Of a DNA stretch of 64,000 bases, positions 12,320-23,905 are shown piece by piece. Each line of letters starts with the position of its first letter. Position 1 is the first letter of the stretch. Source of the stretch: Negaprion brevirostris (Eukaryota); NCBI GenBank assembly GCA_030324005.1, contig JARDVH010000073.1:85454379-85518378 (forward strand), read 5' to 3'. Both the position numbers and the translations under genes were made by a program. The notes beneath the pieces were generated by a model. The model ran no database searches. It was given only the letters and a program-made list of their open reading frames with translations, and was not told the origin of the DNA.

Positions 12320-13140
12320 CAGAATGTACTGCTGTAAGTGCTGGAAGCAGATTCAATTGTAGTTTTAGGGACTAGATAAGCATATGAAGATTAAAACTGT
12401 TGCACAATGTGAGAGAAAAGCTGAGGGAGTGGGATCAGCTGAACTTCAGAGAGCCAGTGTGGATTAGACAGGCCAAACAGCTTCCCTCTGAGCAGCAATG
12501 ATCTATAATGTATGATTCTGCAGCCATAAAATCAAATTATTACGGATGCTGGAATCTGAAACAGAAATGGAACACACTGAAAAATCTCAGCAAGTCTGAC
12601 AGCGGCTATGGAGAGAGAATAAAGCTAATGGGTGCAATCTGATGACCTCGTCCCGCCTGACTTTGTGAGGCGAGGTGGTAAAATCGGGTGGGAGGCGAGA
12701 AACATGCCAGGTTTATCGCCTCCCCTAATTGTACTAGCCCTACTTTGCCAGCGAAATCAGTTTTGCACCCAACGAGTCCTGGATATTATTGTCTGGGCTC
12801 ACTTACCTTAACCATCTTGCCAGTCAAGGCTCTCCCCGGCAAGAATCACAGCTGTTCTCTACCAGCAAAGACCAGATGTGATGGCCTCGCCGGGCGAATC
12901 AGAGGGCAATGAAGACCGTCAGGTGGTCAGGGACAGGGCCAGGCCGTGTCCATGTGGCAGTGCCAGCCTGGCAGTGTCCACTGAGCANNNNNNNNNNNNN
13001 NNNNNNNNNNNNNNNNNNNNNNNNNNNNNNNNNNNNNNNNNNNNNNNNNNNNNNNNNNNNNNNNNNNNNNNNNNNNNNNNNNNNNNNNNNNNNNNNNNNN
13101 NNNNNNNNNNNNNNNNCAGAGAGGTGGCAAGGTAAGTATT
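12320..13140. mobile_element. Cluster: CR1 3' end (+), Penelope-like terminus (-), Harbinger-derived GC-rich element
   Basis: CR1 tail 12320-12520; gatgctggaatctgaaacag.. at 12545; gggtgcaatct..ggcagtgcca motifs 12630-12987. Confidence 0.55.
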
Positions 13141-14379
13141 CTATATGTCTATATGTAACTAACTTTGTAGCCTGTTAAACAACCTATCTTTTGAGAGAAT
13201 CCTTCAATAATGCTGATACATGACTCCAGCTAGTGAATCTACCTGGCCTGCCCTTCAGGAATGAAGCACCTTCTTCACCAGGCCTTCAATGTATAGTAGG
13301 ACAAACCCAGGGAATGTGGGCTGCATCAGAAGAGGAATGAAAGGAAATAGACAGCCTGACTATACTATCCGCACTCACTGCAGGCAGAGACATGACAAAG
13401 TACAACTAACTACATCTTAGAAAGCACAAAACAGTCACATCCAGATGAGATCTTTCCAAGATTGTGACAACAATATGAGAATCAATTTCTCTCATCAAGG
13501 TTCCATAATGTCTAGAGGAGCCATTGTGCCTCTGGAAAACTAATCAAGTATCAGGGAGATGGGGACAATTAACACACAATCAAAATCAGTTTGACAAACT
13601 GATGTTGTAAACAGGTAGACAGGATATGTCCGAAAAATGATTAAAGTTAAAGTACATAAGACAGTGGATCTACATAATGTGATCAAAACAGAACTGCAAC
13701 CATTTCAAAGTAACAAAATGATGACCCAATGTAAATGTAATGCTACGTAATGGTAAAAAAAAAGTATAGGAAAGTCTAAGAACTGATAATTAGCAAAGTA
13801 GCTCAGCAGCAAGCTAGAGTCACAGCTCCGAGTTCTGCTCTCCCTCTTCTTGTTGAAGTTCTATACGGTCTCAGAAGATTCAGTTCACTCATTCCCTCCA
13901 GGAAAAGCTCACTTTCCTAAACAAAAAATCAAGCACATGAACTTCCAACTGTTTCTTCGTTTCTAATTAACAGAAGTGCACTATCCTCTGTAACTGCATT
14001 TTATCTTGACTGCGTAGGCGATTGATGTAATGTTAGACTTTTGGGGTGAATGCATGAATAAGTAATTCTCTTCATGTAAATCCACAGAAACTTGCTGCTG
14101 ATTCTTCCATTCTTTCAATTGACATCACACTCAAGGACTGAAAAATATGCACATCTTCCTCTTTTAAAAAGAACAGTAAAGGGTAAGGAAATGGGATTTC
14201 AGTTCTCTCTCATCCCTGCCCATAACAATACTAATAATTACAATGACTAGGAATCAGCCAGTTCCTACAGGATTAATTGAAATGACGCTGCATCAGCTGG
14301 TGCCTACAAAGTTAATAGTAATGACAGTGGACTGATCAATGATCATAGTTCTTAATAACAAAGATACAGCTAGCTAATT

Positions 14380-14654
14380 TAAAATTTGTTTATTAGTGTC
14401 ACAAGTGGCTTACATTAACATTGCAAGTTACTATGAAAATCCTTACTCGCTACACTCCAGCATCTTTTGGCGTACACCAAGGGACAATTTAGTATGGCCA
14501 CTGCAACTAACCAGTACGTCTTTCAGAATGTGGGAGGAAACCAAAGCATTGAAGGAAACCCACACAGACACAGGAGAATGTGCAGACTCTGCACAGACAG
14601 TGACCCAAGCCCATGTCCCTGGCAGTGTGAGACAGCAGTGCCATTGTGCCACCC
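14380..14654 (-). mobile_element. HE1/V-SINE, alternative-tail subfamily
   Basis: Head gggtggcacaatgg, V-domain, tail as at 7170. Confidence 0.8.
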
Positions 14655-16274
14655 AAAGCCTATTTTATCAGGAATGGGATGCTCAAGGTATTATTTGGAA
14701 TTAATTGACTCCATGCTGTTGATGAGAATGATATTGGTTCAAATTATGCTTACGGTTTTAGGATCAAGAGTGCTAAATTGGCCAAAAGCCATAGCACAGA
14801 GCAATTTAGTGACAATTATACTTGGTTAGCAACGTACAACAAATCAATTGGCACCAATGGTAATGATAGCAAGGGCAATGAATAAGTTGGCAGGGTATTC
14901 AGTTTGGTTAATAACAAGGATACTGAATTGTCTAATAGCATTTCTGCTGAATTTGCCAGTGGCAATGCTTTAAAACACAATTGTTGTTAATCAAAATCTT
15001 CTTGGCTTTTAATATTTCATGTCAACATTCTGGAAATATCTCTTTACTACACTGGTTAAAATCTTTATAGGCCATTTAAAGGGCTGTTAGTTGTAAAACT
15101 CTTTGCTTTATTACTCCCCCAAGGTTGTGTTGCTTATTGTAGACAGAATGATTAACAAGCAACACTGCCAAACTTCAGCTAGCTTTATAATGGGCAGTTA
15201 CTGTAATAATTGTACTTTGGTCCACTATTACACTTGTGGGCAGTGAGCTAAAAATTGATTTTCCATTGTTGCATGAAACATATGGAAACGTATCATCACT
15301 GAACAGTAAGACTCTGAACAGAACATATATGTATAGTTACATACGTATGTATCATTTATGTATTACATAAAGGAAAATCTCTGGAATCTGTTACACAGAA
15401 TTATAAATTAACAATATTTTACAGGATGTAAATATAGTGCCATAAATAGAAGAAGCTTTCTGTCTAGCATGCAGCTTGCTTAGGCTCTGACTGCACACTA
15501 AGCTCCAATTATGTTGTGACAGAAATGAAGGCTATTTCTCAGCATTATATGGAAGACATTGCTGATGCTATTGACAGACAGGTTGTCAATATGACCTTCT
15601 GAATACAGAACACTGTGTGCCTTGAAGAAATCTAAAGGAGGAAGGCAAGAAGGAGAGTGCAGAATATAATAAATTGAAGTGTTAAACTCAGAGAAAATTG
15701 ACAATGGATAAAGAACATCAAGCGACAACAGCATATGAGGGAGTGTTTCACCAGTCCAAATCATTAAAACTATATTTCTTTCCCCAGCCAGTCATTAATA
15801 AGGTGAGAAGCAAATAAGTTGAGCGATGGAAGTAACAAGATCTAGGCTCTAAGCTGCAACAGCAACATTGCAAAGCTCTATCATTTTTCTGTCCATATTT
15901 TTGTACTACTTCCTAACAAACTTGGAGGCAAAAACCCTGGTGTCTTCTAAGAGGTGGCTAAGCACTGGAATGGCAAAATTGTAGATGCCTAAAAACAAGC
16001 TACGTGAACCAGTGGCAGCCCTTAACAGTCTTAGTTTCGTGATCTAATAACACTATATAAAAAAATGTAAACCACTCAAAAACAAAGATTAAATCTGCAA
16101 TGCCATGAAAACCAATTTCTAGTTTTCCTGGACAGAGATTTCAGACAAAGCCAAGCCAAGCTTTTTAATAACTGCAAGAGAATTCACATCATGAGACAAC
16201 ATGAACGTTAAAAGCAGAAATACTGCTCCGATAAAAGATAAATAAGCCATGCTTTAAAGCAAGACTTCCAGGGC

Positions 16275-16442
16275 ATGTTTTACCAGGATGCTGCCAGGTT
16301 TGGAGGGTAGGTCTCATGAGGAAAGGTTGAGGGAGCTGGGGCTTTTCTCTTTGGAGCGGAAGAGGATGAGAGGTGACCTAATAGAAGTTTATAAGATGAC
16401 GAGAGGGATAGATAGAGTGGACATTCAGAGACTATTTCCTCC
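16275..16442 (+). mobile_element. CR1 LINE fragment
   Basis: MLPGLEGRSHEERLRELGLFSLERKRMRGDLIEVYKMTRGIDRVD, running into a gap. Confidence 0.9.
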
Positions 16443-16799
16443 NNNNNNNNNNNNNNNNNNNNNNNNNNNNNNNNNNNNNNNNNNNNNNNNNNNNNNNNNN
16501 NNNNNNNNNNNNNNNNNNNNNNNNNNNNNNNNNNNNNNNNNNNNNNNNNNNNNNNNNNNNNNNNNNNNNNNNNNNNNNNNNNNNNNNNNNNNNNNNNNNN
16601 NNNNNNNNNNNNNNNNNNNNNNNNNNNNNNNNNNNNNNNNNNNNNNNNNNNNNNNNNNNNNNNNNNNNNNNNNNNNNNNNNNNNNNNNNNNNNNNNNNNN
16701 NNNNNNNNNNNNTACTGTTCTACGTTAGTTCCCAAAGGTTATGCATATCTTTCTTGCATTTCCGTAATAATTTTGTGATGGGAAATCGCACTAACATGC

Positions 16800-17420
16800 A
16801 AAAGCCTAACCATCTCCCAATGACAATCACTGGCATTACATTTACCAAAATCCCACCATCAGCACCCTGGGAGATCATGCCTTAACAGAACAAAGTTTCT
16901 TTACCACCTACAAGGCAGAAGCCTGAAGCATGATGAAATGCTCTTCATTTTTGGACTGGAGGAGCTGCAACAACACTCAAGAAGCTTGATNNNNNNNNNN
17001 CTTGATACCATCCAGGACAAAGTAACCTGCTAGATTAACAGCCAGCCACCCACCACTCATTCACACAATCCAGCACAGTACATCCTGGCTGCAGCATGGA
17101 GCATCTGTAGGATGCACTGCAGCAAATTGCTACAACTTCTTTGGCAGCACCACTGGGAAGGACAAGGCCATCCAGTGCATTGAACCAGCATCACTTCAAC
17201 ACTCCCCTCTAGGTCTCCTAGCTTGTTAACTTAGCATATATCACCATTGGTCAAGATCATTAAGTCAATGTTCTGAAACTCTGTCTAATAGTATTGTAGG
17301 AATACCCACACCACATGGGCTACAGTGGTTGAAAAGAGCCCATCACCACCTTTGCAAAGGAAATTAGGGATGGACAACGAAAGGCTAGCCTTGCCATTGA
17401 TGTCCATATCCTAATAAGTA
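16800..17420 (+). mobile_element. CR1-like LINE (second lineage) 3' fragment
   Basis: acactcaagaagcttgataccatccaggacaaag and tail ggaaattagggatgg, homologous to 27090-28275. Confidence 0.7.
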
Positions 17421-18503
17421 TTTTTGCGTTTTTGATTATTTGTAGTTCTTCATTGAGGAGAGTTAAATAAACAATCATTGCAATTTTTTGGTAAAGATAT
17501 TAGTTCTTAACTGCTGTGCGATTTGTGTTAGCCACAAAGCAACCTGGTTTTCTTAATATACGCTTTGTTCTTTCTAAGATGAGAAGGCTGCCATAAAAAC
17601 AATTCCTGAAATCTCTGAAACACTAAAAAATTCAGGCCAATATGTTTTATTAATATTCCAAACACAAATTAGAAGGAATAGCATCTTTACCTGTTTCCAA
17701 ATAGCAATACAGACTACTAAAATCTCACGAATAATCTATTTTTCAATGATTCACTCAAGGAAGCAGTTGTGGAAGAAAAACTTTGGAAACTTATGAATAT
17801 TTAAACTGCACTGAGGAATACTTAAGTTTCATTTCTTTTCTGTCTTCAGTACAGCAGCAGATGGCATAGTTGGTCATTTGAGAGACATATAGTCAATCAT
17901 AATAACACTAATATTTTCTGGTAACACTGATGAAAAATAATCTCTGTAATAAATTTAAATGATGAACTCTTCTGTTGTATAAATTGAAGTTTAATGCAAA
18001 TCTCATTTGATGTACAACGTACACCCCTTAACCAAAAACATCATTCATGCAAAAGTAAATCAGATTGCGATTCTTACTTTCTGCGGCAACTTTACAGGGG
18101 ACTATGATTTCCCCTTTTCAAAACTCAGTATCAAAAGAATTAGCATCTCAGTGACATTTTATATATTCATTCCACTTGTTACAACAAGTGTGCAGCCACA
18201 GATAATTAAAATGAGAATACAAATCTTAGATAGGACAGATGCTGTTACAAATACGGAAGGGTTTTGGAAGGTTTGTCCTGGGGTATCAGAGGTGTTTCGC
18301 AACCCTGGTTCTGGTCAGAGTCCTCTTTTTAAAAAGTCACATAATGGCAAACAAATAAAAATAGTCTGAAAATATATTTTTCTTTGGAACATTTTTGTAA
18401 AGCTGAATTTTGTAAGGCGTACCAAAGGTATCATCACTGATTTGGAGTTGGGCACAAGGGATGTAATCGATTATGAAAGTTTAGTTGGGGCAGGAAAGAC
18501 TAT

Positions 18504-18830
18504 GGGCATGATTTTCCAGCCATGCTCACCCTGAGACCGGAAAATCCCACCCGATATCAACCGACATTTGCACGCCCCCGCCTGCTATGGTTCCCACGGC
18601 AGGGGATTTGGGAAAATTCCACCTTATGGGTGGGATTTTCTGGCCCTTCCTATCAGGAGATTACCCAGAACTGCTAAAGGTGACCCCTTACCAGCCCCCC
18701 ACTCATGACAGGCTCCCAGGTAGCAGGATGGGTGAGCCATGAACATCAGTGGGATTGGAAGTTTCCACCATCAGCCAACGGCAAGCCACCTCCACCAACA
18801 TAAAACATGACACAGCAAGGTTGGAAAATC
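18504..18830. mobile_element. Two tandem Harbinger-type MITEs
   Basis: gggcatgattttcc..ggaaaattccacc, then gggtgggattttc..ggaaaatc. Confidence 0.65.
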
Positions 18831-18834
18831 ATAT

Positions 18835-19145
18835 CACAGAATCGCAACAGTCAGAAAGAGACCATTCAGCCCATTGAGTCTGCACTAACAATAATCCCAC
18901 CCAGGCCTTTTCTCTGTAACTCTACGTATTTATCCTGCTAATCCCCTGACACTAAGGGGTAATTTAGCATGGCCAATCAGCCTAACCTGCGTAGCTTTGG
19001 ACCGTGGGAGAAAACCAAAGTACTCAGAGGAAACCCACACAGACACGAGGAAAACGTCCAGATTCTACACAGACAGTGACCCAAGGCTGGATTGAAACTC
19101 GGGTCTATGGTGCTGTGAGGCAGCAGTGCCAACCACTGTGCCACA
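18835..19145 (-). mobile_element. HE1/V-SINE
   Basis: Full tRNA head, V-domain and CR1-derived tail. Confidence 0.88.
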
Positions 19146-19689
19146 CTCATCCTGTCCTATGTTCACCTCATTCCCAATTCTAACCTTGTGGAAACAACAT
19201 TACTGGAAATAATGCTTGGAAAATGTTCTCACTACAACAAAATTATGACGCCTCCCGCATCAACACTGTTACTAACCCAAAACGTGCCAGCTGTCCGCAG
19301 GTTGATTCCAGTTCCAAAAACTGAGAGAAGATTATAACTCCTTCCCCAGGTTAGCAAGATTGTAAACAGAGGGGGAAGATTTTCTCTTTGTTGGCATAAA
19401 AACCTTCAAAGTGAAAGGTTTCAAATCTCTCTCGGACCAGCGATCACACAAAATTGCCTTGTGATGTTTATAATGTTACAAATCACTGAAAATTCTCCTT
19501 AACCTTGGCATTCAGAAAACCCCTCCAAGCCATTCTCTGGCAGTTTCACCACACATTGTTTAAACAAGATGATTGAAAAAAAACAGAAACCATAAGCAGA
19601 ATGGTAGAATTGATCCTGATTCCTTTTCATCAGCTGAACTTTAAAAGTGATCTCGCAATTGCGAATCTTTCTCTAAACACAGCAAGTTA

Positions 19690-19771
19690 TGGCACGGTGA
19701 TGCAGTGGTTAGCACTGCTGCCTCACAGCGCCAGGGACCCCGGTTCGATTCCCGGCTTGGGTGACTGTCGA
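19690..19771 (+). mobile_element. HE1 SINE head (cut by gap)
   Basis: tggttagcactgctgcctcacagcgccagggaccccggttcgattccc. Confidence 0.85.
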
Positions 19772-19871
19772 NNNNNNNNNNNNNNNNNNNNNNNNNNNNN
19801 NNNNNNNNNNNNNNNNNNNNNNNNNNNNNNNNNNNNNNNNNNNNNNNNNNNNNNNNNNNNNNNNNNNNNNN

Positions 19872-20460
19872 CCTTTGAGTGAAGAAGTTCCTCCTCAACT
19901 CTGTTCTAAACTGCCCCCCCTTATCTTGAGGCTGTGCCCTCTAGTCCTAGTGTCCTTTCTGAGCTGGAAGAACCTCTCCACTTCTACCCTATCCATTCCT
20001 TTCATCATCTTATACGTCTCAATAAGATCCTCCCTCATCGTTCTAAACTCTAACGAGTCCAAGCCCAGTCTATTCAGCCTCTCTTCATAGCTCAAGCCCC
20101 TCAACTCCGGTATCAGCCTAGTGAACCTCCTCTGCACTCCCTCCAAGGCCAAAATATTCTTGCGCAAGTGCGGCGACCAAAACTGCACACAGTACTCCAG
20201 CTGCGGCCTCACCAGTGCCCTGTACAGTTGAAGCAAGACCTCCCTACTTTTATATTCAATCCCCCTCGCTATGAAGGCAAGCATCCCATTCGCTATCCAA
20301 ATGAATTATTTCACACTTCTCTGCACTAATTCTTATCTGCTATACATCTATTCATTTCATCAGTCTGTTAATGTCCTCCTGAAATCTGTTATTATTCTCC
20401 TCGCTGTTTATTACATTTCCAGGATTTGTGTCATCTGCAAGCTTTGAAATTATGCCCTGC
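19872..20460 (-). mobile_element. CR1 LINE fragment (young part 19872-20295)
   Basis: Uninterrupted MLAFIARGIEYKSREVLLQLYRALVRPQLEYCVQFWSPHLRK..RTRGHSLK. Confidence 0.92.
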
Positions 20461-22225
20461 ATATCAAATCTTCCTTTCCTCTGTGGCCAACAAAATTTCA
20501 CTGCAGCCTCTCAGATCCCACAGCAGGAGAATTAGGTAAAAGGGGAAACTCGGGAAACAGCCTTCCCAGGTCTTCTCTCCATTCTGGAGGCTTTAGTTAC
20601 AACACAACTTTCCTGTACCCTCAGAAGGCTGCCCAGCAAACCCTGGTTGGCTTGCCAGGGGCCTGGGCATGGGGGTGTTTCTTGTTTTCAGGCACTCTGT
20701 GAGATCTGACATCAGGAAAAGGGTCTACTGAAAGTACCCCTGTCCTCCACCCTCTCCCATGACCTCCATTCAGCATTCTTTGATCTTGGATCCCATGATG
20801 GTCCTGGATTTCTGACAGGTTCAATGTCCCCATCAGCCACTGCTCCTGCTGGTGCTAATGGTGATGAGATTGGCAGAGCTTCTGTCAGCAGCCTCTCAGT
20901 CACAAGGAATGCTCAACAGTGGCCATTTAAGCGCTTGATAAGGTATTTGATTCCAACAGGTCTTCTCCACAGAACTGGCAAGAATTTCCTGCTAGTTCTC
21001 CAACTGCTTGGTGAGACCCCTGTCGGCCTGACAAAATCCAGCCTTGTGTCAGTGAACTGCCTTTCATGACATCTTGATATTTCTATAATTTGGCCACTTA
21101 TAACTGAAAATAGCTCCAAAGGCTGCCAACTCGTCAGTCCAGAGAAAGAACCTCGAAAAAAAGACTTGATCGCTTTATTGTAGTGATCAAATCAGGCTTT
21201 GGGCATTTGGTTTTGAGCTGGACTTTGAAGGTCTGTAAAGTAAGAAATGAGGTCAGTGGCACAGGGGAGCTGATGTGCAGCAATTAGATTTGTGGTGCCG
21301 TCACAAATAGGGTCCATGGCTGATGTTATCTGTGCTTGTACATTAACCCAAGATTCAATTGCCAGCTGTTTTTTCAAACAGTTTGATGCTATGCACCACA
21401 GCGTTAAATCCAATAAGAAGCACTGACAACAAGTGGTTAACATCATTCTTTTATAACATAATTATGCTTCATTTTAAATGAATATTTGAGGGAGGCTAGA
21501 GCAGGGAGATGTGCACTATTTGACATGCCCTTAGAGAAAAAAACATTGTTAAAAAGAAGAGGTACAAGATTCTCTATGGATGAAACATACATAAATATTA
21601 TCTATTTTTCACTGACTTCTTTTCCCGCTTTCATATAGTTTAACATATTTTAATAAATTAGGACTGAAAAAGTTTGACTTCAATAAATCATTGAAACAGC
21701 AGATTGAACTACATGTGTTTGTATGACAGCTTGGTAACTTGTCGATTAAGGCCCAGAGTTATACACATGAGCAGTGAGCTTCTAGTCACAGACCTGGCTG
21801 AGGGGAAGAGATGTTAAGTGAAGATAAACCACTTCCACAGAAAGAAACTCAGATGATGAGATAATGTGAGCCATTCTGATGCACCTGCTGCTAGTTTGAT
21901 ATGGAGAATATTTTTGTATTCATGCCAGAGGGGTCTGCAAGAGAGGCACTTGAATAAAAGACTCGTATACTACTAGTCCCATATAACAGCAAATGGAAAG
22001 AGCCCAGAGCATCATGTTCCTCTGAGCTCAGGCCACATGAAAAATTGGGTTCTTGTTGGATTTTGCCAAATGTTTTAATGGAGTGACAGCTCCAGCTGCT
22101 GCTGTTACATTATCAATATTAAAATGGATTTTCAGAGTCATATTTTTAGGGGCTGAGCACATGAAGTAATGGTACACACTTTAAGAGGCGGAGAAATAAA
22201 GATTATTTACGAAGGAGTTTATTAA

Positions 22226-22535
22226 TGGGCGGCACAGCGGCATGGTGGTACACAGCACCAGGGACCTGGGTTTGATTACTGGCTTGGATCACTGTCTGTG
22301 GAGTTTTCACATTCTCCCCTTACCTGTGTGGGTTTTCTTTGGGTGCTCTGGTTTCCTCCCACAGTCCAAAGATGTGCTGGTTAGGTGGATTGGCCATGCT
22401 GAATTGCCATCTAGTGTCGGGGGTTAGCAGGGTAAATATATGTGGTTACAGGAATAGGGCCTGGGTAGGAATATGGTTGGTGCAAACTCAACAGGCTGAA
22501 TGGCCTCTTTCTGCACTGTAGGGATTCTATGATTC
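22226..22535 (+). mobile_element. HE1/V-SINE
   Basis: gggcggcacag head to gcactgtagggattctatgatt tail. Confidence 0.88.
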
Positions 22536-22938
22536 AAAGTACTATATCATCAGTATCTTCCAATTCCAATGAAAGTTCATTAGTCAGAAACATTGGTCTG
22601 GACCTTCCAAACTGCAGCCAAGATGGAGCGCTCACCATGGACTGCCATTCAAACAGAACACTTACCTTAACACTAAAAGTACCTTTTACACTTTCCAGTC
22701 CTTGTTCTACCTTGAATCCATCGGTGAGCAGAGTGGGAATGGCTAGTGGAGAAATGCAACTGCAACAGAGCTATTTTCATCATGAACTGAAGACACATAC
22801 CTTAAGGTCTGTAGTTTATTAACTTGCAGGCTTTTTACATTTTTCTGTAACCGCCCCCACTAAAACTGCACAGCCTGTCACCACCACCACCCCCCCTTCA
22901 CCCCTCCCTACCCTAGCACTGCTGACTCCCCTCTTTCT

Positions 22939-23905
22939 TGTCATGATGATGGAAAAAAAGTACGGAATTACGCCCAAAATATTGGACTTTAACAAAGACC
23001 TGAGTTTTGTTTTTAAAAACTGATGCAACCCTGAAGGCAGAGCGGTTCTCCAAGGAACAATGGAACACCTTCCTATTTCCATACAATGTACTTCTAAAAG
23101 CATCCAGGGACTGATTAACATCTTCGGTGAAGACATAATGACCATCACATCTCAAGAGATCCTGTGAGTAATGCCTAGATGGAGTTGTGGATTCACTACC
23201 CACTTGGAATATACAAAAAATGGCTTTAAAGCCAGCAAACAAAGCTCCTTCAGTATCTGTCCATCTAAGTGTGCTTTGTGAGATTAAGCGCTGGAATTCT
23301 TTTCACATTGAATGTATGTGACTCTAACAGTAGATGCCAGTAGTGGCCCTGCATATCTCAAATCTCTCTCTCTCTGATTGTGGAAGTCAGCCCCAGCTAC
23401 TAAGGAGTCACAGCTGAAACAAAGAACTGGGGAATTTCTCTGCCAAACCACAGAACACTGAAATTGAACTATTCACATTGCAGAAGTCAACTCTACTGAG
23501 ACTTTAAAACTGACTATCCACCCACCAAAGTCAACTCTACTGCAATCTCAAATTGTAATGGCTGCACAGTTCATCAAATACACCTTGCATGTCAAGGACT
23601 TTCCCATGTACCTTTCCTCTTTACATTTACTTACTTTCAACTCAACCCTCATTTTGAACCTGTATGAATGTCGATGCATGCGTTTTGCTATTTTTTCCTT
23701 GTCTTTTTAGCAATTAATAAAGTCATTTTGTCTTAACTCAAGAAAGCCAGATTAAATTGGCTCCTTTTAAAGGATAGCTGTTGGGTCTGGGAAAAGGTTC
23801 CCATGGGAAAGGGAATCTTGTTGGATTCAATTTTGCTGCTACCGGCACAGGGGTCTGAATAAAGACAGGGAGCCCATTCATTTCTCCTCACCTGGGATTG
23901 TAACA
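22939..23905 (+). mobile_element. Probable LTR of an LTR retrotransposon or ERV
   Basis: TGT...AACA termini, internal AATAAA signals (~23717, ~23858), followed by PBS-like tggggg. Confidence 0.55.

Noticed and set aside
13330-13750. FQDCDNNMRI resembling the parvovirus NS1 FNDC..KM.I motif
   Set aside because: No recognisable Walker A (GKT) or WWEE motif; the similarity is too short to support an endogenous parvovirus call.
13600-13917. Acceptor ttttttgtttag| and UTR-like sequence on the minus strand
   Set aside because: No recognisable peptide, donor or clear poly(A) signal, so it cannot be distinguished from chance.
19690-19771. tRNA genes
   Set aside because: All A/B-box sequences continue into SINE bodies; no stand-alone cloverleaf was seen.
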